From positions 1,984,001 to 2,048,000 of the forward strand of contig CM076001.1 of the NCBI GenBank assembly GCA_038087875.1: 64,000 nt of DNA. The letters run 5' to 3'. Shown one piece after another: positions 1 through 12,845 of the stretch. The notes under the pieces are model-generated. The model did no database searches. It saw only the letters and a list, made by a program, of their open reading frames with translations, and was not told where the DNA came from. Positions within the stretch are counted from its first letter, which is position 1, and each line of letters opens with the position of its first letter. A program made the position numbers and the translations under genes. Source of the stretch: Malacoraja senta. Its lineage: Eukaryota.

Positions 1-3000
1 AAAGTAATGATCAACATAACAGTGAAATTGATACATAGAGATCAGGGTTACATTAATAGCAGGTATAACCTAAATATGAGTCCAGTGTCAAAATAAACAT
101 TGAATATAGACCTCCCGGTCTCTATGTAAATATAGTTAAGTGTTTAAAAGAGAACTTATATACATAAAAACAAAAAGATAAAACGAAAATCAAAAAAAAG
201 AGAAAAAAGAGAAAAAACTAAAAAAAAAAAAAACTAAACAAAGAAGAAAAAGAAAAAAAAGAATCTGGGCTGCAAAGAGTTTCAACAATTTAATTCCTTG
301 TTTGTCGTCAAGTCCGTTCCACCGTATACCAGTAAAAAAAATTATAACAGTTGGAGAGGGGACAGTTTATGGCGTATGAAAATGTTGAATACATCTTCCC
401 CAAGTCCTATCAAATTTAACCAAGGGTTCAACAATGTCCTATTTTTTTCTAAATTTAAACATGATATCGTTTCAGTGTACCAATGGAATGTGGTCGGAGG
501 ATTGGAATCTTTCCATGTAAATGAAATAGAAATTCCGTCAATTAATGTGGTAAAAGCAATCAACCGATGGGCTGAGCGGGACAGATGGATAGAATCTAAC
601 ATTGGTAGCCCACAAATTGCAGTACTAGGGTGAGGTTGTAAATCAATACCTAAAACTTCAGAGTTAGTATCAAAAATGTATTTCCAATATTTTTCTAAAA
701 GTGGGCAGGACCAAAACATATGAGTCAATGAGACCACTTCAGAATTACATCTGTCACAGGTAGGATTTATTTGACGATAAAAACGAGCTAACTTATCTTT
801 TGACACATGAGCTCTGTGAACCTCCTTGAATTGTATCAAAGCGTATCTTGCACACATTCAGGAAGTATTAATTAATTGAAGAATTCCTTCCAATTTCTCA
901 ATAGATAAAGACATTTTAAGTTCTCGTTCGGAGTCTTTCTTAATTTTATCAAATGTATATTTTTTTAATTTCAAAATCAACTCATAAATAGTCGTTTTAA
1001 GCCCTTCTGATAAGGGTTCAAATACAAATTTCCCCCAAAATATAGGTTTGATGTGGTAACGGAAAAAAATGGTAGAGTAGCCCTAAAAAATGTCTAATTT
1101 GTAAATATCTAAAACATGTGCGTTAGGTCAATTATATTTATTGGAGAGACGTTTAAAAGACATAAAACAACCATCCGAAAACTAATCACGTAAAGCTACT
1201 AATCCCTTCCTCTTCCATCACAGAGAGGCTTGATCAGTGCTTGAAGGTTGGAAGAAACAATTAGATATGATAGGACTCGATAAAATAAAATCATTGAATC
1301 CAAAATACTTACGAATTTGAAACCATATTCGAAGTGTATGTCTTAATATTGTGATAGTCGTATATTTATTCAATCTCGTAATTGTAAAAGGTAACGAGGC
1401 CCCTAGAATAGAAGCCAATAATAGCCTTTGCATAGAATCACGTTCAAGATTTATCCATCCTGGACATTGGGTATCTTCTAAATCTTTTGTCCAAAACGTT
1501 AAATAGCGAGCATTAACTGCTAATAAAAATTGGTATTGTCTGAAATAAATATAGAAACTTAGGTAAGATAAACATTTTAATAGCATTGATTCGGCCTATT
1601 AGAGACAATTAAAGGCGAAAAATTGGCTTTAAATAAATCCTTGTGTTTCTTGGTAATCTTAATGCCCAAATAACTAAAACATTCGGTAGTCAATCAAAAC
1701 GGAAACTGTCCATAATTCGAACCTAAATTGATTAATGGAAAGAGCTCAGTCTTACTAAGATTTAGTTTATAACCAGAAAAACTACTAAATTGATTAAGTA
1801 AAGCTACTATTGCCGGAATAGATTTCTCAGGGTTAGAAATGAATAATAACAGATCATCTGCATAAAGAGATAGCTTATGTGTCTTATTCCCACGGACAAT
1901 ACCAGAAATATTAGGGGATTCCCTAATAGCGGTGGCCAAAGGTTCCAAAGCAATATCAAACAGTAAAGGACTTAAAGGACAGCCCTGACTAGTACCTCGA
2001 AAGAGCCTGAAAAAAGGGGATATCTGATTATTGATGAGTACAGAAGCCTTGGGGTATACGATATATCAGCTTGATCAAAGAAATCAATTTTCGACCAATC
2101 TTAAATTTTTCAAGTTTATTGAATAAGTATTCCCCTTCTATTCTATCAAACGCCTTCTCAGCATCAAGTGAAATGACACATTCTGAAGTTTTCTTTGACG
2201 CTGTATATACGATATTCATTAATCTCCAAACGTTAAAATATGAGTAACGATTTATAATAAAACCTGTCTGATCTTCAGAAATAATTTGCGGTAAAATATT
2301 TTCCAATCTCATAGCTAATATTTTGGAAATAATTTTGTAATCTACATTTAACAGTGATATAGGTCGATATGATCTCTTCTATCGGATCTTTGTCTTTTTT
2401 AAGAAATAAAGAAATATATGCTTCATAAAAGGATTGTGGTAATCTATTCATTAAAAATGCTTCTATAAAAACCTTGCTTAACCAGGGAGACAGTAAACTT
2501 GAGAAATACTTTAAAAATTCCAATATGAACCCATCTAAACCATAGGCTTTACCGGAATTCATCAAAAGGATTGCTTTCTGTATTTCATCCTCCGTGATGG
2601 GGTCGTCTAACAACAGAGACTCATTATGTGGTAACTTTGGCAAGTTCAGTTTCTTTAAAAAAAAATCATGGATTACATTGGAATCAGTAGGAAATTCTGA
2701 TTGATATGGGGAGGTATAGAATTCCTGAAAGGATTTATTAATTTCATCATGGTCTACAGTCAGTGTACAATCCCGTTTACTCACTTTAGTAATTTGACGT
2801 TTGGACGACACCGCTTTCAACTGATTAGCGAGTAATTTACCAGATTTTTCGCCATGTATATAAAATTGGCTTTTGGTTTTAAGTAGCTGATTCTCAATCG
2901 GTGATTCTAATGACAAATCATGTCGCAATTGAAGTTCAATTATATTCATGTAGAGCTCTAAACTAGGAGCTTTTGAATATTTTTTTATCAATTTCTTTAA

Positions 3001-5692
3001 TCACATCAGCCAATATACGTATTTCATTTTGAGTTTGCTTTTTTTTTTAATCCCGCGGGGTATGAAATAATTTATCCACGAATATATGCCTTAAAAGCAT
3101 CCCAGACTACACCATTGTATATTTCTTCAGTAGAATTTGTTAAGAAGAAAAAATCAATCTGAACTTTAATAAAATTAACAACATTTAGATCTTTAAGCAA
3201 AGTAGCATTAAATCGCCATTGTTTAGCACTAAACATGGAATCAGGTCGTTTGATTGATAGTTTCAATGGTGCATGATCAGAAATAGCAATTGCATCATAC
3301 TCACATGCAGTGACCGATGAAACTATCCGAGAATCTATTATAAAGTAGTCAATCCTAGAGTAACAATGATATACATGTGAGAAAAAAAGAACATTATTTG
3401 TCATTTGAGTGTAAGAATCTCCAGACTTCTAACATTCCAGGGTCAATTAAAACATAATTGATACAACTAGCTTAATTATTTGGAAGCACATGATCAGATG
3501 CAGATCTGTCCATCGAGGGGTACAAACAGCAGTTAAAATCTCCACCCATTATTTAAAAATGTTGAATTAAATTAGGAAATAATGCAATTAACTGTTTAAA
3601 AAACTCAGGGTGATCAATATTAGGTGCATAAACATTCACCATAGCAACTTTTTGGTTATGAAGAACACCAGTAATCACCACAACTCTACCATATGGATCA
3701 AAAATTGTTTCATAATGAACAAACGGAATTGAGGAGTCAATACAAATAGAGACCCCTTTCACCTTAGCCTGTGAATTTGAATGAAACTGCTGTCCTCTCC
3801 AAAACTTGACAAAATCGTTGATTGTCGCCTTGCCTTACATGGGTTTCCTGAACAAAGATAATCAGATCATTTAGTCTACAAATATCTTTTTTTTTTAATT
3901 CCTCTTAATGGGATGGTTCAAACCATTAAGAGGAATGGTTTGAACCATCCATGAAAGGAAGTTAATAACTTTATCCATATTGTTTGTAAAAATCACGTGG
4001 AGTGTAAATGGTTAATTTCTTAAAGCATAACAATTCATGTTACTGGAAGGAGAAAAATCTAGGGCGGAGCCAGAAGTGACGACATTGCAGACATTTTTGT
4101 AGTTCTGATTCTGCACAGATAAAAAAAAATAAGCTAGAAGCGAAAGACCCCCCCTCCCACCCCTGCAAAGACTGAAACTGACCAGCAGACAGTAAGTACG
4201 CTACCTAATCCCTTCCCTATCCCCATATCTCCTAATGACAGCACCCAACGTAAACAGAAGGCATATTTACCACTCAATAGCCCAAAACAAAATTAATTTT
4301 ATGGTTAAAAAGTATGTGTTCACTGTGGAACACAAGAGCTACTTCATATTATTTATCCAAGGGCAAAATATGAAAAACAAGAACTGCATTCACTTTGTTC
4401 GTCTAAAGACAGGGAAAAGCAATCCTTCAATTTAAAAATTGGAAAGGCTAACAAAGAAAATCTTTAAAATTAATATATAATACTGTTACATTAAATTAAC
4501 AGTATCTTAGAGAAGGTAAAGATTGTTGCTTGATACCATCATACTAAAATTCTAAAAAGTTTAAAAAAAACAAAAAACACTCATCCAATTAAATTCTTAT
4601 TCATTACAAAACGATATATTGTCAAAATAGGAACAGTAAATCTCCAGTTATAACTTAATCAGCTATCAGTAGCTCCCGGTCGCGGCTTCACCCTCATAAG
4701 CCTCCATAAAGCTGGAAGCATTTTGAGGATTGTTTAAAAAGCGAATGTTACCATTAAAGAGTCGTATACGCAGTCTAGCTGGATAAAGTTAAGGCAGGGC
4801 GCAACTTTTTCTTAAACAACTCAGACATTACATTATGGAAAGACTTTCTTAACTCTAAAAGCTCATGGCTGTAATCAGGAACAAACCGAAACTTGCATCC
4901 TTCATATTCAACCATGCCAACTTTTTTGCTGCCTGCAGAATATTCTCCTTCATCAGCAAGAAGTCAAACCGAACAATCAAATGTCTCGGTTTATCTTGTG
5001 GACCAGATTTCTTCCCGATCCTGTGTGCGTTATCCAAAATTGGAAGATTTTCATAGTGCTCGATGTTGAAAGTCTCCTTTATCATTTTAGAAGCATATTT
5101 TATAACATTATCTCCTTCTCGACCTTCCGGAAAACCAACAACTCGCAAATTCAGTCGACGGCTTCTGTTTTCCAGATCCATATTTTTAATATTGTATTGC
5201 TGGAGTGCCCGAGTATTTTCATTCATTCTCCGTTCTATTTTTTCAATCTTCAAATCTCTCTCCTGGCCCAGGGTTCGCAAGTTATCAATTTGTTCCTTCT
5301 GTTCACGAGATTCATCTTGTAACATAATCAGCTTGTCTTGAACTTCCTTCAATTTGCTCGAAATTCCTTTCACCATTTCTTCTAAACTGCAAAATCTTGT
5401 TTTCATTTCATTTTTGAGTTCATCTTACATTTTCCATATTGCTTCTAAGATACCAATGTCAGAAGCTGTGCCTTCCCACGCTCCTTAGTTGGAGAAGCAC
5501 CTTTCCCTCTTGTATCCATCCTTTACACGATTAAAGCGTATAAAAGTGTTATTAACACTTTAAGAAAAGTTAGACCGTGCCTAGAGATCAAGCAATAACA
5601 AGCAACATTGAAAGAATGGTAAGCAAAAGTTTAAATATAAGTGAGCAAACGAATTTGCAACCTTTACAGCATGCCGCCATTAGGAGAATCCC
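1..5692 (-). mobile_element. Degenerate, near full-length L1-clade LINE (5' end near 5692; 3' end runs off the left edge)
   Basis: Colinear minus-strand ORF fragments. ORF1-like coiled-coil/RRM at 4855-5406 (DLENRSRRLNLRVVGFPEG). APE endonuclease pieces at 3553-3762 and 3072-3404 (YSRIDYF, SDHAP). RT pieces at 2275-2991, 2028-2312 (SLDAEKAFD) and 1694-1948 (LSLYADDLLL). Cys-rich C-terminus at 342-857 (CDRC, HMFWSC). Frameshifts and stops throughout. The 5' end reads GGGATTCTCCTAATGGCGGC. Confidence 0.93.
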
Positions 5693-6120
5693 TATTTTCT
5701 ATGTTTCTATGTTTCTATGACTTCAGAAAACACCATTCGCATTACAGTCTGCGAGGGCGGACGAGAACAAACTGATTAGGTTTATTTGGTGGAGCAAACC
5801 ATATTATTTACACCAAACAGAGTAAATTAGACTGGAGGAAATACAGTTGTGTCGCCATTTTACCTGTAAAGTGTTTTTATCATGGATTGTCCAAATGGAG
5901 GGCGGACGAGAACAGAGGATGTCCAGTGAAACTGAGATAAGGGCAGATCGATTATCTCACGGCATTCGGGGAAATATCGACTATCAGCGATGTCATTGAA
6001 TCCACATTAGCAAAACTGCTTTCTGGGCATTGCTGGCCACCAAACAGCAGTGGCATCTTCAGTCAAAGGGACAATTCATCCCACCCACTGAACTTCAGAG
6101 GAAAATGTGAGGGGGCTTTC

Positions 6121-6583
6121 ACACCATGATATTAGTGTAATTTTATAAACCCGTGCCTTTCGTCAGTCAGATTGCGGCCGAACTGACTGATACATCAAAT
6201 CCAAAATTCCTCTGTAATCAAACTTTCATGACGCTCAGAAAGCATAAAGGTTTTTTGCACTGGAGATTCGTGGTCTGTGAATGGGCGAATATCGTTGGCG
6301 AGGTAGTCAACGTGGAGGTAGTCAGCAGCATTACAGCTGGGTTGGATTTTGCTTCGATTTTGGTGGAATATACAAGCAATAAAAAATTTAATATAAGCGT
6401 CGCGCACGTAAGGTAAAATAAACAAAACGTTAACCTGCGTCAATCTCGCAGGGCGTTTCAAGGAAAACTTTATTGGCCGGCGTTGTGAAAGTTAAAATTT
6501 GGGATTTGATATAACAGTCAGTTCGGCCGTAATCTGACTGACGAAAGGTACGGGTTTATTAAATTACACTAATATCATGGTGT
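6121..6583. mobile_element. MITE-like non-autonomous element with about 88-bp terminal inverted repeats
   Basis: 6121-6208 (ACACCATGATATTAGTGTAATT...) is the near-perfect reverse complement of about 6496-6583. No meaningful internal coding and no clean TSD. Confidence 0.8.
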
Positions 6584-6991
6584 TACTAATTCTCCTGGAT
6601 ACGACCTTGCGCGTTATGAATTAACAATGAATTATGCTCTGTTTAGTTACGTTGTCGGCCAGCGTAATTGAACATCCACTCTTACAATGACAACCGAGGC
6701 GCACCAGTAGTCGAGGCTTGTCAATTCTAGGTGCCTGAAACGTGATGTGGAAGGTTAGATCAATCAGAGCGAAAGCTCTGCACAGACCTACGAATATTCG
6801 GGCATGCTTTCAGGAAAGAAAGGAAATCTGCACGTTATTTTACCATGTTGCCTTTTCTCCCGGTGCTTTGCACTGCAGTTGTTTTCAGAAGTCACTGGCG
6901 TTGAGGTGATCAACTGAGCTAATAGAACGGGCCCTGAACCTGGAGCATTTGAGAAACAATATCATGTGAGTACGGGGGTACATTCGACCTA

Positions 6992-7052
6992 CCCCTGGCG
7001 GGTCAGTGATTAAGATTCGACGCTTTCACGGGTTCGATTCCCGTTCAGCGAA
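6992..7052 (+). pseudogene. tRNA-Glu(TTC) pseudogene with an 11-nt internal deletion
   Basis: Aligns without gaps to vertebrate tRNA-Glu for 38 nt (CCCCTGGCGGGTCAGTGATTAAGATTCGACGCTTTCAC). It then lacks CGCCGCGGCCC and resumes GGGTTCGATTCCCGTTCAGCGAA (B box intact). A TTTT follows shortly after. Confidence 0.8.
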
Positions 7053-7179
7053 ACGGTCTTTTGCCATTCACATAACTGGAAAGGACACACATTGAGCAAC
7101 ACCGAACTGTTACTGTACTTTCGACTCTGAGTATCAGACATAACGCTGTTTTTGCACTGTGGTCTCCGATTGCTCACAA

Positions 7180-9078
7180 CAACATTTGATAAGGTCCCAC
7201 ATAGGAGATTAGTAGGCAAAATTAGGGCACATGGTATTTGGGGTAGAGTGCTGACGGATAGAAAATTGGTTGGCAGACAGGAAACCAAGAGTAGCGATAA
7301 AGATTAGATTTAGATTTTATTTCTTGTCATTAGAACCTCAGTGAGGCTCAAACGAAACTCCGTTTCCACAGCCATACAAACGAAACAATTCCTATACGAC
7401 ACGCAAACAATTCAATTTACAGAAAAACATCCATCACAGTAAATCTCCTCCTCACTGTGATGGAAGGCAAAGTCTTTTCTCTCCCCTGCACCATTTTTCT
7501 CCCGATGTTGAAGCCCCGAGCGGGCAATGTCAAGTCCCACGGCCGTTGATGCCGTGCCGGGCGGTGTACGGCCTCGCTCCGGGCCCAAAAGTCACAAAGT
7601 TGGAGCACCCGGCGGGCGCTGGAATGCCCCGCGGCCATTAAAGCTGTGCCGGGCGATTAACGGCCCCGCTACGGGTCGTTCCAACCCCGCGACACGGGCG
7701 GGAGAAGTTGCGTTGCGGGAGCTCCGGAAAGCGGTCTCTCAAACGGACCCGCGAGCTCCCGATATCACAGTCCACAGGTCTGCAGCTGGAGCTTCGGAGT
7801 CGGGCCGCAGCAGCGTACCACCAGCGCTCCTCACGCTCCGAGGCCGGCCAGCCCCACGATGGTAAGTCCGCAGGCTCCTCGACTGGAGCCTCCAGGTCGT
7901 CCCGGCCGGAGGCCGCTCCACGGAGCTAGGCCCCAACGACAACGGAGACCCGACAGGGAAAAGGTCGGGTCTCCCGTGCAGGGAAGAGATTTTTAAAGTT
8001 TCCCCCTCCCCCCCAACCACATATACACAGTTAAAAACAGTATAAAAAACACAAACAACTACATTTAACTAGACACAATTTAAAAAAAGACAGACAGGCT
8101 GTAGGGGCCGCTGCAGTAATCCGCGGCGCAGCACTAAGAGTCCATTACAGAGTGGCAGGCAGTGCCTAGTGGGGTACATCATAGTGTGAACTGTGAGGAG
8201 GATGCTTTGAAAATGCAGGGTAAATTGGACAGGTTGGGGGGGGAGATGATTGGCAGATGAAGTGTAATGTGGATAAATGTGATGTTATCCACTTTGGTAT
8301 CTAAAACAGGAAGGCAGATTCCTATCTAATGGCGTCAAGTTGGGAAAAGGGGAAGTACAACGGGATCTAGGGGGTCCTTGTTCATCAGTCTATGAAAGTA
8401 AGCATGCAGGTACAGCAGGCAGTGAAAAAGCGAATGGCATGTTGGCCGTAATAACAAGACGAGTCGAGTATAGGAGCAAAGAGGTCCTTTGGCAGTTGTA
8501 CAGGGCCCTAGTGAGACCACACCTGGAGTATTGTTTGCAGTTTTGGTCTCCCAATTTGAGGAAGGAGATTCTTGCTTTTGAGGGAGTACAACGTAGGTTT
8601 ACACGGTTAATTCCGGGGATGGCGGGACTGCCATATGCTGAGCGAATGGAGCGGCTGGCATTGTACACTCTGGAGATTAGAAGGATGACAGAGCATCTTA
8701 TTGAAACACCTAAGATTCTGAAGGGTTTGGACACGCTATAGGCAGGAAATATGTTCCCGATGTTGGGGGAGTCCAGAACCAGAGGCCACAGTTTAAGAAT
8801 AAGCGGTAAGCCATTTAGAACGGAGACGTGGAAACACTTTTTCTCACAAAGGATTGTGAGTTTGTGGAATTCTCTGCCTCAGAGGGCGGTGGAGGCCGGT
8901 TCACTGCTTGCTTTCAAGAGAGAGCTGGATAGGACTCTTAAAAATTGCGGATTCATGGGATATGGGGAGAAGGCAGTAACGGGGTACTGATTGGGGATGG
9001 TCAGCCATGATCACATTGAATGGCGGTGCTGGCTGGAAGGGCCGAATGGCCTACTCCTGAACCTATTGTCTATTGTCT
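7180..9078 (+). mobile_element. CR1 LINE 3' portion, interrupted by a SINE-like insert at about 7293-8135
   Basis: RT C-terminal peptides YRALVRPHLEYCLQFWSP (8340-8741) and GHSLRI...FFSQRIVSLWNSLP (8751-8990). CR1 3' UTR ends in (CTATTGT)n. RT sequence upstream of the insert is at 7180-7292. Confidence 0.9.
7293..8135 (-). mobile_element. GC-rich non-coding retroelement (SINE-like) with a Rex1/RTE-type 3' tail
   Basis: Shares the CCATCACAGTGAGG...ACTGTG hairpin and the TTTCGTT-stem-loop-ATGACAA(G/T)AAA tail with the copies at 12846-13907 and 48374-48694. Ends in a short (AATCT)-type repeat. Confidence 0.7.
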
Positions 9079-9670
9079 CTTGTCCACTCTCTTATATAGT
9101 CTACGATATTCCTTAAAGGGTAAGGCGTTTATTGCCGCCTGATAAATTGAGTGGCTCTAGCACATTTTGTGTTGTGAACTACGATATTCCTTTCCAATAT
9201 TGCTTTCTGATCAATATTAACGTTACAAGTCATTGTTTTTTGCTACTACCGTCTTTTAAGAAGTGTCACGAGGTGAAAGTTGCTGCCGCTGCTGTCGCTG
9301 TTGTTTAATATGACCGGATTGGGTTCTACCCCGGCTGGATCCCTCACCTTCGATAAGGCAAATTAGAAATCTCACAAGTAATATTTTTTTTATTTTTCGC
9401 AGCGGCTTCTGGAGTAATTCGCGATAAAAATCATTAACATGTGGAGGAAATTAAACCCCCATGCCTGGGCACAGCAGTACGATGGTTACAAATAAAATAT
9501 TTCATCGTAGTTGATTGCTATTTTACAGTTTCGTTGTTCTGTAGGTGCTCGGATGGTGTGAATGTGGAAAGAACCATCGCACCAGCGAGTAACATTTTCA
9601 CAAGGGATTAAATTAGGTATTGCAATGTCCCCCGAGGTGATCTAATTTTCAGGTACGATTTTTCCGTTCA

Positions 9671-9676
9671 TATAAG
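9671..9676 (+). promoter_or_regulatory. Candidate TATA box of GPCR gene 1
   Basis: TATAAG 77 nt upstream of the ATG, at about the same position as TATAAATA in genes 2 and 3. Confidence 0.5.
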
Positions 9677-9747
9677 TACACCGGGTATGAACTTTCCGAA
9701 TTCTTGTGATCGTTGTCCAGCCTTGCTGAGGTCGCATTGCAGGAGAA

Positions 9748-12210
9748 ATGAGCTGGATGTGGCACATGCTGGTTGAATATTATTATTATCCGATTTTGGC
9801 AGCAATCGGAGTGCCTGGTAGGTCACTCGAAAGTTGTATTGGGATTGGTGTGAGGTGATGTGCAGTAAATGGGCAATATAAAATATGTAGTGAAAAGTGT
9901 GTTGACATTTAGATTGTTGGTCTGCGTCCACGCGTGGGGCGGTGGGACGTGGTTAACCTAAAGCCTTTAATAATTTGCTCGTTGACCATTTATTTAATAT
10001 CTATTCTTTATTAATATTTTAATCAAGGTGAAAGCCGGAGCCAGCTGAGTTTAAAAAGGATACATTGGGTTGCAACTTAAACACTGTTGAATCATATTCC
10101 CGGGCGCCATGTTTCGGAAGGCATTGCAAAGTTCCCTGGAAACCTGATCTAATTATTTAGCTGCGGACTGTGGAAAATATCTCGAGACCTGATATAATGT
10201 TTAAGTTTACTTCTTCGCATTAAATTACAGGGATGTATCCAATGATTCTGGAGGATAGAATATTTGGAACTAATGTTTAGGTTTAGGATTTTGGCTCAGG
10301 TTACGGTTTATTATCGTTAGGTGTACGGAGGTACAGTGTAAAGCTTTGTTACCCCTGCACTCAAATCCGGTCATATCATACTGTAGATTCACAAAAGCAT
10401 CTCAACCTCAAATGGAATAGGGAAAGGGGGCATAGGGTGTACAGAATATATTTATCAGACAATCTCGTCTAGCACACCCGCGGCTGATCCTTGACTATGG
10501 CGAGATTCCGGCACGGTGGCGGCAGGGTGGCGCAGCGGTAGAGTTGCTGCCTTACAGCGCGAGAGACCTGGGTTCGATCATGACTACGGGTACTTGCATA
10601 TACCGAGATTTGTACGTTTCCGAGTGGGTTTTCTTCAGGTTCCCCCGTAATCTCCCACACTCCAAAGACGTACAGGTTTGTAGGTTAATTGGCTTGGTAA
10701 AATTGTAAATTGTCCCGAGTGTGTGTAATATAGTGTTAAGTGTTATAGTGTAGTATAGTGTTAATGTGTGAGCGTCGCTGGGCGGCGCGGATTGTGGGCC
10801 GAAGTGCTTGTTTCCGTGTTGTATCTTTAAACTAAACTAAAATACATATTTATCTATTATTATTCCACATTTCCTGCAATCAAATGTGTTTTATTGTTCC
10901 TTCTGGTATCAAATGGGTTTAAAAGTCTATTTTTATTTAAAATTTTACCTAATTTAACTAACTGTGATTAACTGAAAAACGCTCCAGAATGAGCGCGGCC
11001 CTCTCGATTAGTTGTAGAACTGGGAATCTAATCCTGCTTGGATGGGTAATCCCGATCACCGTTGGCTGCGATTTTATCCGCATATCGATTCCTTTCAAGG
11101 TCATTTCAAGGGTGATTAATTTACTATCCAGGGGAAAAATTGCACATGAGCACAGCATTTACAAGGAAATCTCTGCCAACGGAATCCTCTTCGCTGTTGA
11201 CGTAAAGCGACCAACAAAATAAATGCACCCACTACTCGCGCATCACCAAACTTCACCGTCCATTTAATCACATGTTCTTCTTGCCTTCTTTCCCAGTGAA
11301 CCTGGCGGCGATTGCTATTCTGTACCGGGGAAGGTGCGGTCTTTCCGAATGCATTGCTCGTTACCTGATAGCCATGGCGACGGCGGACCTCGCGGTGATT
11401 GTCTGGGATGTCATATTACATCGGATAGCCGATCTGTATTGGTGGGACACATTCTTGCTCCACAGTACTGTGTGCAGGTTCATTTCCTATCTCGCTTCTG
11501 CGGCCGTAGACTGTTCCGTTTGGTTCACGGTCGCTTTCACCTTTGATCGCTTTGTGGCCATTTCCACGCAAAATCTAAAAAACAATTACTGCACCAAGAA
11601 AACCGCGATGGTAGTTATCGTGACCCTAAGTGCGTTCTTCAGTTTACAAAATGCTCCGTGGCCTTTCACGTATGGTTATTTTCACATGGATAATGAGGGT
11701 ATAGAGTGGGGATGCCGAATAGGGACACACTTTTATACTTTGCCCACATGGGTTGCATTTTCTTGGACTGAACAGTTGTTAACACCTGTGATTCCGTTCG
11801 GTTTGATTGTGTTGTTTAATGCGCTCACGATCAGACGCATTTTAGTGGCTAGTCGGATCCGCAGGAAGCTCCGCGATCTGGATGGTGGGGACGCCGAGAT
11901 CGGAAACCGCAGACGCTCCGTTATTTTACTCCTTGCGATATCCAGCAGCTTTATGCTGCTCTGGGGCACAACAGTAGCACATTTCGTTTTCTATCGAAGT
12001 ACGAGCGGATATTGGTACAGGGGATTGATGAATCCATTTGCAATATTTGATCGGACTGGGGTTGTCCTGCAGCTGTTGAACACCTGCACAAACACGCTAA
12101 TTTACACCACAACCCAGAGGAGGTTCAGAGAGCAGCTGCTCCAGGCATTCAAATACCCCTTCACCCTAACTGTAAGTTTAATAAAATGGAGAAAACACGG
12201 TGTAAAATAA
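9748..12210 (+). CDS. GPR139/GPR142-like class A orphan GPCR, copy 1 (exon 1 9748-9817, exon 2 11297-12210; 327 aa)
   Basis: Exon 1 encodes MSWMWHMLVEYYYYPILAAIGVP and ends at the G|GTAGGT donor. A polypyrimidine-CAG acceptor at 11296 gives an in-frame phase-1 junction. Seven hydrophobic segments with AMATAD (TM2), AFTFDRFVAI (TM3), an ECL2 Cys, IPF (TM5), LLWG (TM6) and LLNTCTNTLIY (TM7). No stops. Exon structure is identical in all three copies. Confidence 0.92.
10510..10842 (+). mobile_element. tRNA-derived HE1/V-SINE-like element in the gene 1 intron
   Basis: A box GGTGGCGCAGCGGTAG, B-box-like GGTTCGATC, core CTCCCACACTCCAAAGACGTACAGGTTTGTAGGTTAATTGG, and a (TAAAC)n tail. Confidence 0.85.
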
Positions 12211-12674
12211 CATACCATCACAAATCCCTTCGTGGGTGTGTGCAAAACCTAGGTAATGATAAGTTTTCTCTGTAATCTATCCGCATCAATTGTTTAACAA
12301 ATACTTTCGAAATGCAAGCAATATCTGAACGTGTCTCCTGCACTGGAATGCATATTTGGCCATCTATTTAACATAGGAGACTGGCACATTGTTCAATTGC
12401 TCAATGGGGAGAGCGGGCATGGAGAACCGTGCGCAATGTTACACTGGAACAGGCATTCAATGTCTCCGGAATTGAGCCTCACCGTTAACTGTTTCCACCT
12501 ATCTTTGAGTCCAGCGGCAACGCCTCGAGCACGCGATGACATCAGACAGAGCGGCATGGTGCTGAACATTTTATCCTCCATTCCTTTAACTTTCTTTGAG
12601 ACGTTCCGTGTTTACGTATGTAAATGCCCATGACACAAATGTTTACGTATGTAAATGCCCATGACACAAAGGCA

Positions 12675-12680
12675 AATAAA
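12675..12680 (+). promoter_or_regulatory. Candidate polyadenylation signal of gene 1 (homologs at 31751-31756 and 60873-60878)
   Basis: AATAAA is conserved about 430-470 nt after the stop in all three paralogs and is followed by a T-rich TTTTATTTTTGCTTCTCGCA element. Confidence 0.65.
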
Positions 12681-12845
12681 ATTATTGCTGCAACATTTAC
12701 TTCCATTTTATTTTTGCTTCTCGCATTGAATGTAATGCCTCATTGCTACTAACAGAGGCTTTCTGTTTTCATTAAAATTACTAACTCTGCAGCGGATGCA
12801 GCCAAAGGTAGTGGGTGATATACATACAGGGCGGTAAAGTAAATT

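Noticed and set aside
7147-7161. RSS-like TGTTTTTG + CACTGTG
   Set aside because: The nonamer-like and heptamer motifs abut with no 12/23 spacer, and no J-like FGxG coding follows.
9687-9776. Overlapping uORF upstream of gene 1
   Set aside because: Its ATG is only about 11 nt after the TATA box, probably upstream of the TSS, and it is not conserved in genes 2 and 3.
12331-12633. ORF downstream of gene 1 with homologs after genes 2 and 3
   Set aside because: It lies between the stop codon and the conserved AATAAA, so it is 3' UTR. Starts and lengths differ between copies. A 31-bp tandem duplication at 12609-12670 is incidental.
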